Origin: Candidatus Altimarinota bacterium
Lineage (GTDB): Bacteria; Patescibacteriota; Gracilibacteria; UBA1369; GCA-2718715
NCBI GenBank assembly: GCA_041242255.1
Contig: JBESAV010000001.1
Coordinates: 288,001-352,000, forward strand
Reading direction: 5' to 3'
Length of the DNA: 64,000 nt
The translations under genes were made by a program, and so were the position numbers. The notes under the pieces are model-generated. The model did not search any database. It was not told the origin of the DNA and worked only from the letters and a program-made list of their open reading frames with translations. Positions 9,781 through 17,859 of the stretch are shown here, piece after piece (the stretch's first letter is position 1; each line of letters starts with the position of its first letter).

Positions 9781-10509
9781 TTGAATACAATTCTAAAGTT
9801 TAATTCAGTCTCAGTAACAAAATCCAAAACTAATATCCTCCAAGATATTAGTTTTACCTTGAATCAAGGTGAATACGTAGGTTTAATAGGTCCAAATGGA
9901 GCCGGAAAAACTACACTCCTTAAAACAATTTTAAGGGTTCAAAAACCAACTTCAGGCCAAATCCAAGCTCCAAAAGCCTCAAAAATAGGTTATGTTCCAC
10001 AAAAAAACGTACACAATCTTTCCTCACCAATCTCTGTTCAAGAAGTGATCAGAACTGGCTTAAACCACTCTCATTTCTATATTTCTAAAAAAGACAAACT
10101 AGCTATCAAATCAGTTATTGAACGTGTTGGGCTTAGTACAGACTTCCTATCAAAGAATTTCCAAAAACTATCAGGTGGTCAACAACAAAGAGTATTAATA
10201 GCTAGGAGTTTGATTAACCAACCCGAGTTACTTTTGTTTGACGAGCCATTCAACGGGGTAGACCTTCCAACCCAAAATAAAATTTACACTCTTCTCAAGC
10301 AACTCAACCAAGAAGGAGTTACAATTATTTTCGTCTCACACGATATAAATACTATTACAGAAAAATGTAACCGTGTACTTTGCTTAGACCAAACTCTTCA
10401 TGAAGGTTGTCATCCAATATATCCAGAGTTTAAGTCGAAATGTGACCACAATCACACAAGAAGTTTTAATCAATCCCAACTGCCAATCCATCACCACAAC
10501 CACTCATGA
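9781..10509 (+). CDS. znuC: zinc ABC transporter ATP-binding protein
   Basis: GPNGAGKTT, LSGGQQQR, LLFDEP and VSHD; TTG start; His-rich tail. Confidence 0.92.
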   Translation: MNTILKFNSVSVTKSKTNILQDISFTLNQGEYVGLIGPNGAGKTTLLKTILRVQKPTSGQIQAPKASKIGYVPQKNVHNLSSPISVQEVIRTGLNHSHFYISKKDKLAIKSVIERVGLSTDFLSKNFQKLSGGQQQRVLIARSLINQPELLLFDEPFNGVDLPTQNKIYTLLKQLNQEGVTIIFVSHDINTITEKCNRVLCLDQTLHEGCHPIYPEFKSKCDHNHTRSFNQSQLPIHHHNHS

Positions 10510-11318
10510 TTGAATTTTTTACAAATCCTCTCCAGTACAATTTTTTCCAAATAGCCTTACTAGCTGGAGGATTGCTAGGTCTCATCGCTCCAATTCTTGG
10601 AAGTTTCATTGTTGTAGCAAGACAGTCAGTTATAAGTGATATGCTTTCCCACACAGCCTTAGCTGGAGTAGGTTTAGGAGTTTTATTAGGAACCGACCCT
10701 TCGATAACCTCACTCATCACAATTCTTATAAGTGGGTTTATTCTTTGGTTACTCCAAAAGCAAAACACCTCCCCTGAGTCAATCGCTATGGTCCTACTGA
10801 CCGGAGGACTAAGCTTAGCCATTCTTTTTATAAGCCTAGCTCCACAAACAAGCGTCAATCTAGAAAACTACCTTTTCGGTAATATCCTAACTCTAACTCA
10901 GTCTGAACTAGTCACAGTTCTTATAGTTCTATCACTGATTTTACTCACAACACTCCTGCAATGGAACAACCTCATCCGACTAGTCTACTCACCAGACTAT
11001 TACGAAAGTACTAGCTCCAAAAAACAAATGGTTGAGCTGTTATTTATACTAATGATTTCACTTTTAGTGGGAGTATCACTCAAAACAATAGGTGGTCTAC
11101 TAATTGGAGGTTTGTTTATCATCCCAGTTTTAGCAGCTCAGAACCTCTCTCAAAACTTCCGAAAAACAACCATCATCGCATCTTTCATTGGAGTTGTCTC
11201 AATAGTTACAGGTTTATTCAGTTCGTATCACCTAGATATTCCAACATCCAGCAGTATAATCCTTACCGCAATCATAATTTATATCTCAACAACTTTTTTA
11301 AGTTTTAAATCAAACTAA
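10506..11318 (+). CDS. znuB: zinc ABC transporter permease
   Basis: SDMLSHTALAG and YLFGNIL motifs; multiple TM segments. Confidence 0.92.
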   Translation: MIEFFTNPLQYNFFQIALLAGGLLGLIAPILGSFIVVARQSVISDMLSHTALAGVGLGVLLGTDPSITSLITILISGFILWLLQKQNTSPESIAMVLLTGGLSLAILFISLAPQTSVNLENYLFGNILTLTQSELVTVLIVLSLILLTTLLQWNNLIRLVYSPDYYESTSSKKQMVELLFILMISLLVGVSLKTIGGLLIGGLFIIPVLAAQNLSQNFRKTTIIASFIGVVSIVTGLFSSYHLDIPTSSSIILTAIIIYISTTFLSFKSN

Positions 11319-11657
11319 ATGTCACTTAAAGAGACTCAAAAGCAGGTCGACGACTGGATTAACTCTATCGGAGTCCGCTACTTTAATGAACTAACCAACC
11401 TAGGCCAATTAGTCGAAGAAGTAGGAGAATTATCAAGAATACTCATAAGAACCTACGGGGAGCAAAGTTTCAAAAAATCTGATCTAACCAAGGCCGATCT
11501 AGCCGATGAAATGGCCGATGTTCTGTTTGTATTAACCTGCCTAGCCAACCAAACAGGAGTTGATCTAGATCAAGCCTTCCAAAGAAATATGGCCAAGAAA
11601 ACCAATCGTGATAAAAATAGACATAAGCAAAATAAAAAACTCCAAAATGACAAATAA
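11319..11657 (+). CDS. MazG-like nucleotide pyrophosphohydrolase (YpjD-like)
   Basis: LVEEVGELSR...LADEMADVLFVL.CLANQTGVDL. Confidence 0.9.
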   Translation: MSLKETQKQVDDWINSIGVRYFNELTNLGQLVEEVGELSRILIRTYGEQSFKKSDLTKADLADEMADVLFVLTCLANQTGVDLDQAFQRNMAKKTNRDKNRHKQNKKLQNDK

Positions 11658-12078
11658 GAAATATAAAGATGAAGTACCAAATTGTTTCTATCGGGTTAGT
11701 GTCAAAGCTCTTATATTAGACGACCAGAAAAGATTCCTTCTAACTCAAGAAACCAATGGAAAGTGGGAGCTCCCAGGTGGAGGACTTGATCACGGTGAAA
11801 ACCCACAAGATGGACTCAAAAGAGAAATTTATGAAGAGTCAGGCTTAGAAGCCTACGACATTGCTAAGCAACCTTCGTATCTCATCACAACTACACACGA
11901 TAGAACTGGAACGCACATCCTAAATGTCTTATATCAAGCAAAGTTAAAAGACCTAAATTTTACCCCATCAAGAGAGTGCGCTGCTCTAAAGTTTTTCACC
12001 AAAGAAGAAGCTCTCCAAGAAAACCTCTACAACAATGTAAAAGCTTTTCTCCAAGAATTTGATATCAACAAACATTAG
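11647..12078 (+). CDS. NUDIX hydrolase
   Basis: Nudix box WELPGGGLDHGENPQDGLKREIYEESGL; start placed at ATG 11647, overlapping the upstream stop. Confidence 0.88.
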   Translation: MTNKKYKDEVPNCFYRVSVKALILDDQKRFLLTQETNGKWELPGGGLDHGENPQDGLKREIYEESGLEAYDIAKQPSYLITTTHDRTGTHILNVLYQAKLKDLNFTPSRECAALKFFTKEEALQENLYNNVKAFLQEFDINKH

Positions 12079-12079
12079 T

Positions 12080-12475
12080 ATGAAAATTTACTTTGCTGGA
12101 TCAATACGAGGCGGAACTCAAGATAAAGATCTATATCTTGAAATTATCAAACAACTTCAAAATCACGGAGAAGTCCTCACCGAACACTTGTGGACCAAAG
12201 AATTCAAAGAGCTTACAGAGAAGGAGATTCATGACAGAGATATCGATTGGATTCTACATTCGGACATGCTCATAGCTGAAGTAACTACACCAAGTTTGGG
12301 TGTAGGTTATGAGTTAGGTAGGGCTTTAGAAAACGATGTTCCAGTGGTCACCCTATTTCGCCCTTCAGAAGGCAAAAAGCTATCAGCCATGATAGTCGGC
12401 GCTCCAAATTTTCAAAACTACACATATCAGACTTTACAAGAAGTAAAGTTAATTTTAGACAAAGTCTTCGGATAA
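12080..12475 (+). CDS. nucleoside 2-deoxyribosyltransferase / 2'-deoxynucleoside 5'-phosphate N-hydrolase (DNPH1/Rcl-like)
   Basis: KIYFAGSIRGG, VLTEH, IHDRDIDW and AEVTTPSLGVGYELGRA; start at ATG 12080. Confidence 0.88.
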   Translation: MKIYFAGSIRGGTQDKDLYLEIIKQLQNHGEVLTEHLWTKEFKELTEKEIHDRDIDWILHSDMLIAEVTTPSLGVGYELGRALENDVPVVTLFRPSEGKKLSAMIVGAPNFQNYTYQTLQEVKLILDKVFG

Positions 12476-12529
12476 ATTTACTCCAAATTAAATATCATGC
12501 TAAGTTCACATTATATTTAATCAACTAAT

Positions 12530-13162
12530 ATGAAAAAACTTTTAATCCTAATCAGCTCAGTAGCTTTACTAGCCGGGTGCCAATCCCAACCAGCTCCACC
12601 AGTAACGAGTGATATGGACCAAGTTCCACCAATGACAACTACAACCGATGAGACAGATAGTGTGGAAACACAAGGGCAAAACAATCCAGTTATCGGAGGG
12701 TATTCAGATGAAGATGCAGAGTGGGAAACAGTTGAATCGGCTATACTTGCAGAATCTCCAAATGCAACTATCTCCTCATTTTACATGCCTGAAATTATGG
12801 GTAAAATCTACGCTTCAGCAGTAACCAACATAGAGTTTGATCAATTCTCTGAAACAGAGTTAAGTACTCTAACTGTTTATGAATACAATCTTGTAAGTCA
12901 AAATCTTTCTAAAATCTACGAGCAAGATCAAGAAGAATATATTAGTTTAGCCGGATCAGATGGAGTTAACCTTTTATTCAAAGGTGTTGTAAGCGTTGAT
13001 TATTCTCCAGGTTTATGTGCTCAGATCTGGAACAGTACAACAGCCTCTTACTACAAACTTAACTTAGAAGATCCATCCAAGTTAGAGGACTACCAAGTAG
13101 GACAAACACTCATTGAAAGAGCCAATAAAATGCAAGCAGACTGTAAAGCTTCAGCACGATAG
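12530..13162 (+). CDS. hypothetical lipoprotein
   Basis: MKK plus hydrophobic core and lipobox LLAGC; Pro/Thr linker; two C-terminal Cys. Confidence 0.78.
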   Translation: MKKLLILISSVALLAGCQSQPAPPVTSDMDQVPPMTTTTDETDSVETQGQNNPVIGGYSDEDAEWETVESAILAESPNATISSFYMPEIMGKIYASAVTNIEFDQFSETELSTLTVYEYNLVSQNLSKIYEQDQEEYISLAGSDGVNLLFKGVVSVDYSPGLCAQIWNSTTASYYKLNLEDPSKLEDYQVGQTLIERANKMQADCKASAR

Positions 13163-13183
13163 TTTTTACAACAATAAGTCATT

Positions 13184-13212
13184 AAGGCAGTAAGGCAACT
13201 TGCTGTCTTTTT
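13184..13212 (+). terminator. rho-independent terminator
   Basis: AAGGCAGTAAG-GCAA-CTTGCTGTCTT hairpin with GNRA loop and T-tract. Confidence 0.78.
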
Positions 13213-13257
13213 AAAAATCTTCCAAAATGTTATAATTAAGTGAAATAAACTCACAAA

Positions 13258-14742
13258 ATGTCACATAAGAAAGCACTCTTAATCATCTTAGACGGTTGGG
13301 GACACGCCCCAGATCCGACAGTTTCTGCCATCGATCAAGCGGACACACCTTTTATTGATTCCTTATATGACAATTATCCGCACACCTTTATCCACGCAGA
13401 TGGAGAGCATGTAGGTCTACCAAAAGGCCAAATGGGTAACAGTGAAGTCGGACACATGACCATTGGTGCTGGAAGAGTAATCGATCAAGATTTAGTTAAA
13501 ATTTCTAAATCAATCCAAAACCAAACTCTCCAAGATCAACCAGCTCTCAAAGATGCAATCCAATATGCCAAAGAAAATAATAAAAATATCCACATTTTAG
13601 GCCTTCTCAGCGACGGAGGTATCCATTCCCACATAAGTCACCTTGAAGGATTGCTAGACGTCTTAGAGGCCCAAAAAACACCTCCTGTTTTCATCCACGC
13701 TTTCACAGACGGTCGCGATACTGATCCAAAGTCTAGTCCTGCTTTCATAAAGCAGATTCAGACCCATATCCAAGGGACCAATGCTCGTCTAGCTTCTATC
13801 ATCGGAAGGTACTTCGCCATGGACCGAGACCAAAGATGGCCTCGCATCAAGCAAGCCTACGATCTTTTAACTCAAGGGAGAGGAGAGCAAACCTACAATC
13901 CAATCCAAACCATCCAGCAAAGACATCAAGACGGACAAACTGACGAGTTCTTAGAACCAATCTCGGTTCTAGATCCAGAAACAAAAACCCAACCAACTAT
14001 CCAAGAAGGAGACGTCGTAATCTTCTTTAACTACCGAACCGACAGAGGTCGCCAACTTACCCAAGTACTTACACAAGAACAAAAAGAAGATATGAAGCCT
14101 CTAGATCTTCACTATCTAACCATGACAGTTTACGACCCAGACTTCAAAAACGTTCAGCCTATCTTCACCAAAGACAACATCCAAGACACTCTCGGCGAAA
14201 AAATATCTAAAGCTGGACTCAAGCAGGTCCGCATTGCCGAAACCGAAAAAGCCCCACACGTAACCTTCTTTTTCAATGGAGGACACGAACAACCATTCCC
14301 AGGTGAAACCCGCAAAATCTGCCAATCTCCAAAAGTAGCCACCTACGACCTTCAGCCAGAAATGAGCGCTGACTGCGTCACCGAAACCACCATCAGGACA
14401 ATCCAAGAAGAATCCCCAGAATTCATCCTCGTAAACTACGCCAATGCCGACATGGTCGGCCACACTGGAAGCATGGAAGCCGCCATCCAAGCCTGCCAAG
14501 CCATCGATCAAGATCTAAAAGAGGTTGTAGCAGAAGCCCAAAAAGCCGGCTACTCAATCATCATCACAGCCGACCACGGAAACTGCGACAAGATGAAAAA
14601 CGAAGACGGAACCATAAACACCGCCCACACCACCAACCTTGTCCCACTTATCTGCATCTCAGATACAGAGCAAGATCTTGAAAAGGTCAAAGATTTATCG
14701 ATGATAAAGTCTTTAATTATTAAAATTATTGATATAATATGA
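13258..14742 (+). CDS. gpmI: 2,3-bisphosphoglycerate-independent phosphoglycerate mutase
   Basis: ILDGWG, GQMGNSEVGH, DGRDT, GRYFAMDRD, AETEK, DMVGHTG and TADHGN. Confidence 0.96.
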   Translation: MSHKKALLIILDGWGHAPDPTVSAIDQADTPFIDSLYDNYPHTFIHADGEHVGLPKGQMGNSEVGHMTIGAGRVIDQDLVKISKSIQNQTLQDQPALKDAIQYAKENNKNIHILGLLSDGGIHSHISHLEGLLDVLEAQKTPPVFIHAFTDGRDTDPKSSPAFIKQIQTHIQGTNARLASIIGRYFAMDRDQRWPRIKQAYDLLTQGRGEQTYNPIQTIQQRHQDGQTDEFLEPISVLDPETKTQPTIQEGDVVIFFNYRTDRGRQLTQVLTQEQKEDMKPLDLHYLTMTVYDPDFKNVQPIFTKDNIQDTLGEKISKAGLKQVRIAETEKAPHVTFFFNGGHEQPFPGETRKICQSPKVATYDLQPEMSADCVTETTIRTIQEESPEFILVNYANADMVGHTGSMEAAIQACQAIDQDLKEVVAEAQKAGYSIIITADHGNCDKMKNEDGTINTAHTTNLVPLICISDTEQDLEKVKDLSMIKSLIIKIIDII

Positions 14743-14762
14743 GCTAAATCATAATATAGAGT

Positions 14763-15467
14763 TTGTTTTCAGTAGAAAGTACGTTAGAAGATCTCAAAAA
14801 CATGTTTGCTGGAAGAGTCAAAAGTGTATTTTGGGTTTCTTTCTTAATATCGTGGGTGATAGCTAATTGGAGCGCTGTCTACACCACTATTTTTGTTGAA
14901 CAAGCATTAATATTAGAGCTCAGAAAAATGACAAAGGTAGAGTATATAATTAGTTTCTACCCGACTTATTTAGAAAGAGCTATTTATTTAGGAATTGCTC
15001 CGCTGTTAGGTAGCTTTATATGTGTTTATTTTGTACCAAAAGTAGATAGAGAATACTCAAACTGGCATAGCCAGAGCAAAAATAACAAAGAACTAGATCG
15101 TCTATCTGATGCTAAAAAGCATGAAGAAAAAAAGAAAGAAATCTTGTCTGGTATAGCGAAGGTTACAAAAGAAAGCAAAGAGATATCTTCAGAGTTAAAT
15201 GATGAAGAAAAATGGGATTTAGAATTTGAAAAAAATAAAGATTTTATTTTTTTTGAAGAAGCACTTACAAAACTTGGGCATAATTATTATTCAAAAAGAA
15301 GAATAAGGGGAGAGAACCCTTATGACATATTTAATCCTAAGGAATTACTTTTTTTAGACACTAATGAGTTAATAAAAATTTTTGAAAACGACCAAATGAG
15401 TCCTGGTCCTAATTATACTTATGAGATCACAAAGAAGGGAAAGTACTTTTTAATGAAAACATCTTAA
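14763..15467 (+). CDS. hypothetical membrane-anchored protein of atypical composition
   Basis: 234 aa ORF with two N-terminal TM segments, a coiled-coil and a C-terminal EITKKG winged-helix-like end; TTG start is uncertain. Confidence 0.65.
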   Translation: MFSVESTLEDLKNMFAGRVKSVFWVSFLISWVIANWSAVYTTIFVEQALILELRKMTKVEYIISFYPTYLERAIYLGIAPLLGSFICVYFVPKVDREYSNWHSQSKNNKELDRLSDAKKHEEKKKEILSGIAKVTKESKEISSELNDEEKWDLEFEKNKDFIFFEEALTKLGHNYYSKRRIRGENPYDIFNPKELLFLDTNELIKIFENDQMSPGPNYTYEITKKGKYFLMKTS

Positions 15468-15473
15468 TTTAAC

Positions 15474-15565
15474 TGGCGGAAAGGGAGGGATTCGAACCCT
15501 CGAAACCACTTTCGTAGTTTAACTCCTTAGCAGGGAGCCCCGTTCGGCCACTCCGGCACCTTTCC
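15474..15565 (-). tRNA. tRNA-Ser(GCT)
   Basis: Reverse complement GGAAAGGTGCCGGAGTGG...CT-GCT-AA anticodon loop, long variable arm, GGTTCGAATCC and encoded CCA. Confidence 0.95.
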
Positions 15566-15670
15566 GTTACGCCTCTAAGAGGTCTTGTTTAGCTTAGCTT
15601 ATAAAAGGAATATTTAAAACCTAAACCAATTCTATCTGAACTTACAATCTAAACTGCAAGTAAAGTAAAC

Positions 15671-15760
15671 TGGCGGAGAGACAGGGATTCGAACCCTGGA
15701 GACCATTGCTGGCCTGCTGGTTTTCAAGACCAGTGCATTCGACCACTCTGCCATCTCTCC
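15671..15760 (-). tRNA. tRNA-Ser(TGA)
   Basis: Reverse complement GGAGAGATGGCAGAGTGG...CTGGT-CT-TGA-AA-ACCAG, long variable arm, GGTTCGAATCC and encoded CCA. Confidence 0.95.
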
Positions 15761-15916
15761 CTATTTGAATGTCCAATTTACGCTGACAAATATATACAAA
15801 CAGCCTCTCTTTGTCTATACATTCTTACATATTTTAACCATAACACCATTTTACAATTTTTAAACTTCTGTTAAACCAAAGTCTATTTAATGTTCTTAGA
15901 TTTAACTTTTAAAGTC

Positions 15917-16582
15917 ATGCCTCAATTTATCTACTCCTACAGCTCCACACTCTTACCACCATCTCTTCAAAAAGAGATAAACTCACTCAGTCCCACTAAA
16001 CTTCAAAGCATTTATGAAATACCCTCAAATCATAAGTGCTTTTTAATTTTATACACTGATTCATCACGAAACTTCTTCCAGGAAGAAATCAAACACATCA
16101 AAAAGCAAAACCCAAACTTAACAGTAGTTCTACTTATAGATTCGCCGCATAGAAAACTCTACCGAGATTATTTATCTGCTCAGGTAGATTACCCAATCCA
16201 TATTCATGAAAAGCATTCAAACTTCTTAACCAATTTCAAATTCATTTTATCAGAATCCAAAGAACAATATCCAATACTCAAATTAGGTGGATTAGAGCTA
16301 AATCCAAATACAAAGTCAGTCAGCCTAGACTCACAACCTATCAAACTTAGAAAAAAAGAATATGATCTACTAAAATACCTTCTCCAAAACCAGAATTCCT
16401 TAGTAACCAAAACTGAGCTTCTAGAAAAGGTATGGAATTACAGATACGACGTTTTCACAAAAACAGTTGATACTCACATCCATCATCTAAAAAAGAAGAT
16501 CAACAAACACCAAAACATACTATCCACAATCTACGGAGAAGGGTACAGACTTAGTTCAAGTTCACTCCTGGAGACCACGTAA
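15917..16582 (+). CDS. OmpR/PhoB-type winged-helix regulator with degenerate receiver domain
   Basis: C-terminal LRKKEYDLLKYL...TKTELLEKVW...TVDTHIHHLKKK...TIYGEGY; start may be 15890 or 15917. Confidence 0.82.
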   Translation: MPQFIYSYSSTLLPPSLQKEINSLSPTKLQSIYEIPSNHKCFLILYTDSSRNFFQEEIKHIKKQNPNLTVVLLIDSPHRKLYRDYLSAQVDYPIHIHEKHSNFLTNFKFILSESKEQYPILKLGGLELNPNTKSVSLDSQPIKLRKKEYDLLKYLLQNQNSLVTKTELLEKVWNYRYDVFTKTVDTHIHHLKKKINKHQNILSTIYGEGYRLSSSSLLETT

Positions 16583-17788
16583 GTATTCTTTAGCTTTTTC
16601 TAGCTGTACATCAACTTCACCGTCTAGATCTTCTTCCGTGAAATCAACCAATATATCAGGTTTAATACCTTCTTTATCAATATCAGTTCCCATAGGCGTA
16701 AGCCATTTAGATACTGTCAGTCGAAGTGTAGAATTATCACTAAAAGGTATAAGCTCTTGCACAGTTCCTTTACCATAAGTTTCAGTTCCGATCACAATAC
16801 CTCTTCCAGTATCTTGAATAGCTCCAGCCACTATCTCAGAAGCTGACGCAGAAGCGCCGTTTACTAGTACAACCAATGGTATATCAGTGATACGAGCTTT
16901 CCCAGAGGCATAGATCTCACTTTCAAGTTTTGCTGAAGATTCTTGGATATTTACAATCTTAGTTCCTTCTTCAACAAGGTCTCCAAGCATATCAACTGCA
17001 GTACTCAGGTATCCACCGCCATTAAACCTAAGGTCCATTATCAAACCATCTGGCTGATCAACCAATATTTGGTTCACAGCTTCCAAAAACTCAGCTTCAG
17101 TATCATCACTAAACTGATTTACAGAGATGTAGAAGTATTCATTTTCTTCATCCTCAAGCAGTTCTGTATAAACACTTGGTACCTCAATCGTGTCTCGAAC
17201 AATAGAAATATCTCGTTTGCTAGAGTATAGATCTTCAATATTTTCTACTACTCCAAGTTCAACTCTAGTCCCTTTCTCTCCTCTTATTCTGCTTATTACT
17301 TCTAGAAGTTCTTGCCCTCTTATATCATTACCATCTACAGAAACAATAATATCACCAGCCATAAGTCCAGCCGCTTCTGCAGGTGAACCTTTAAGAGGCG
17401 TTACAACTTCCAGGTAACCATTTTCATCAGTCAACTCAGCCCCAATTCCTTCTAGTTCAGAATCCAAACTACTCAAGAAAATCTGACTTTCTTCTTCCGA
17501 GTAGTACTCAGAGTGAGGATCACCCAAAGACTGAACAAAACCCTTAAGTGCTCCATCAATCGCTCGATCTTTATCAATATTATCATGTCCAACAAAAGAT
17601 TCCTGTATGACTTCCCAAACTTCCTCAAAGTGACTCATATCAATCCCTTCGCAACAATCCTCAAGTGATACAAAATCTTTTCCAGAAGTACCAGGGGATA
17701 GTACACCTTTATCATTCGCACTCGCTCCAGCAAAAAAGGCAATAGCTACCATTCCTCCAACTAAAAGGTTTCTTTGTAAACTTTTCAT
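16562..17788 (-). CDS. ctpA: S41 family carboxyl-terminal processing protease
   Basis: Signal peptide, DPHSEY, PDZ (GIGA), DLRFNGGG, SASASEIVAGA and GKGTVQ. Confidence 0.93.
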   Translation of the reverse strand: MKSLQRNLLVGGMVAIAFFAGASANDKGVLSPGTSGKDFVSLEDCCEGIDMSHFEEVWEVIQESFVGHDNIDKDRAIDGALKGFVQSLGDPHSEYYSEEESQIFLSSLDSELEGIGAELTDENGYLEVVTPLKGSPAEAAGLMAGDIIVSVDGNDIRGQELLEVISRIRGEKGTRVELGVVENIEDLYSSKRDISIVRDTIEVPSVYTELLEDEENEYFYISVNQFSDDTEAEFLEAVNQILVDQPDGLIMDLRFNGGGYLSTAVDMLGDLVEEGTKIVNIQESSAKLESEIYASGKARITDIPLVVLVNGASASASEIVAGAIQDTGRGIVIGTETYGKGTVQELIPFSDNSTLRLTVSKWLTPMGTDIDKEGIKPDILVDFTEEDLDGEVDVQLEKAKEYLRGLQE

Positions 17789-17859
17789 CTATCTAAAACA
17801 TATTATCAATGTCTCAATTGTAGAGGTCTCACCCAAAATATCAACCAAGGCCAACCAAC

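Noticed and set aside
14743-15565. Complete integrative element at tRNA-Ser
   Set aside because: No integrase and no duplicated tRNA 3' end (att repeat) were seen; at most a remnant.
17810-17850. Second LexA box upstream of ctpA (GGTGAGA)
   Set aside because: Only a half-site; the partner CTCACC at 6-bp spacing is absent.
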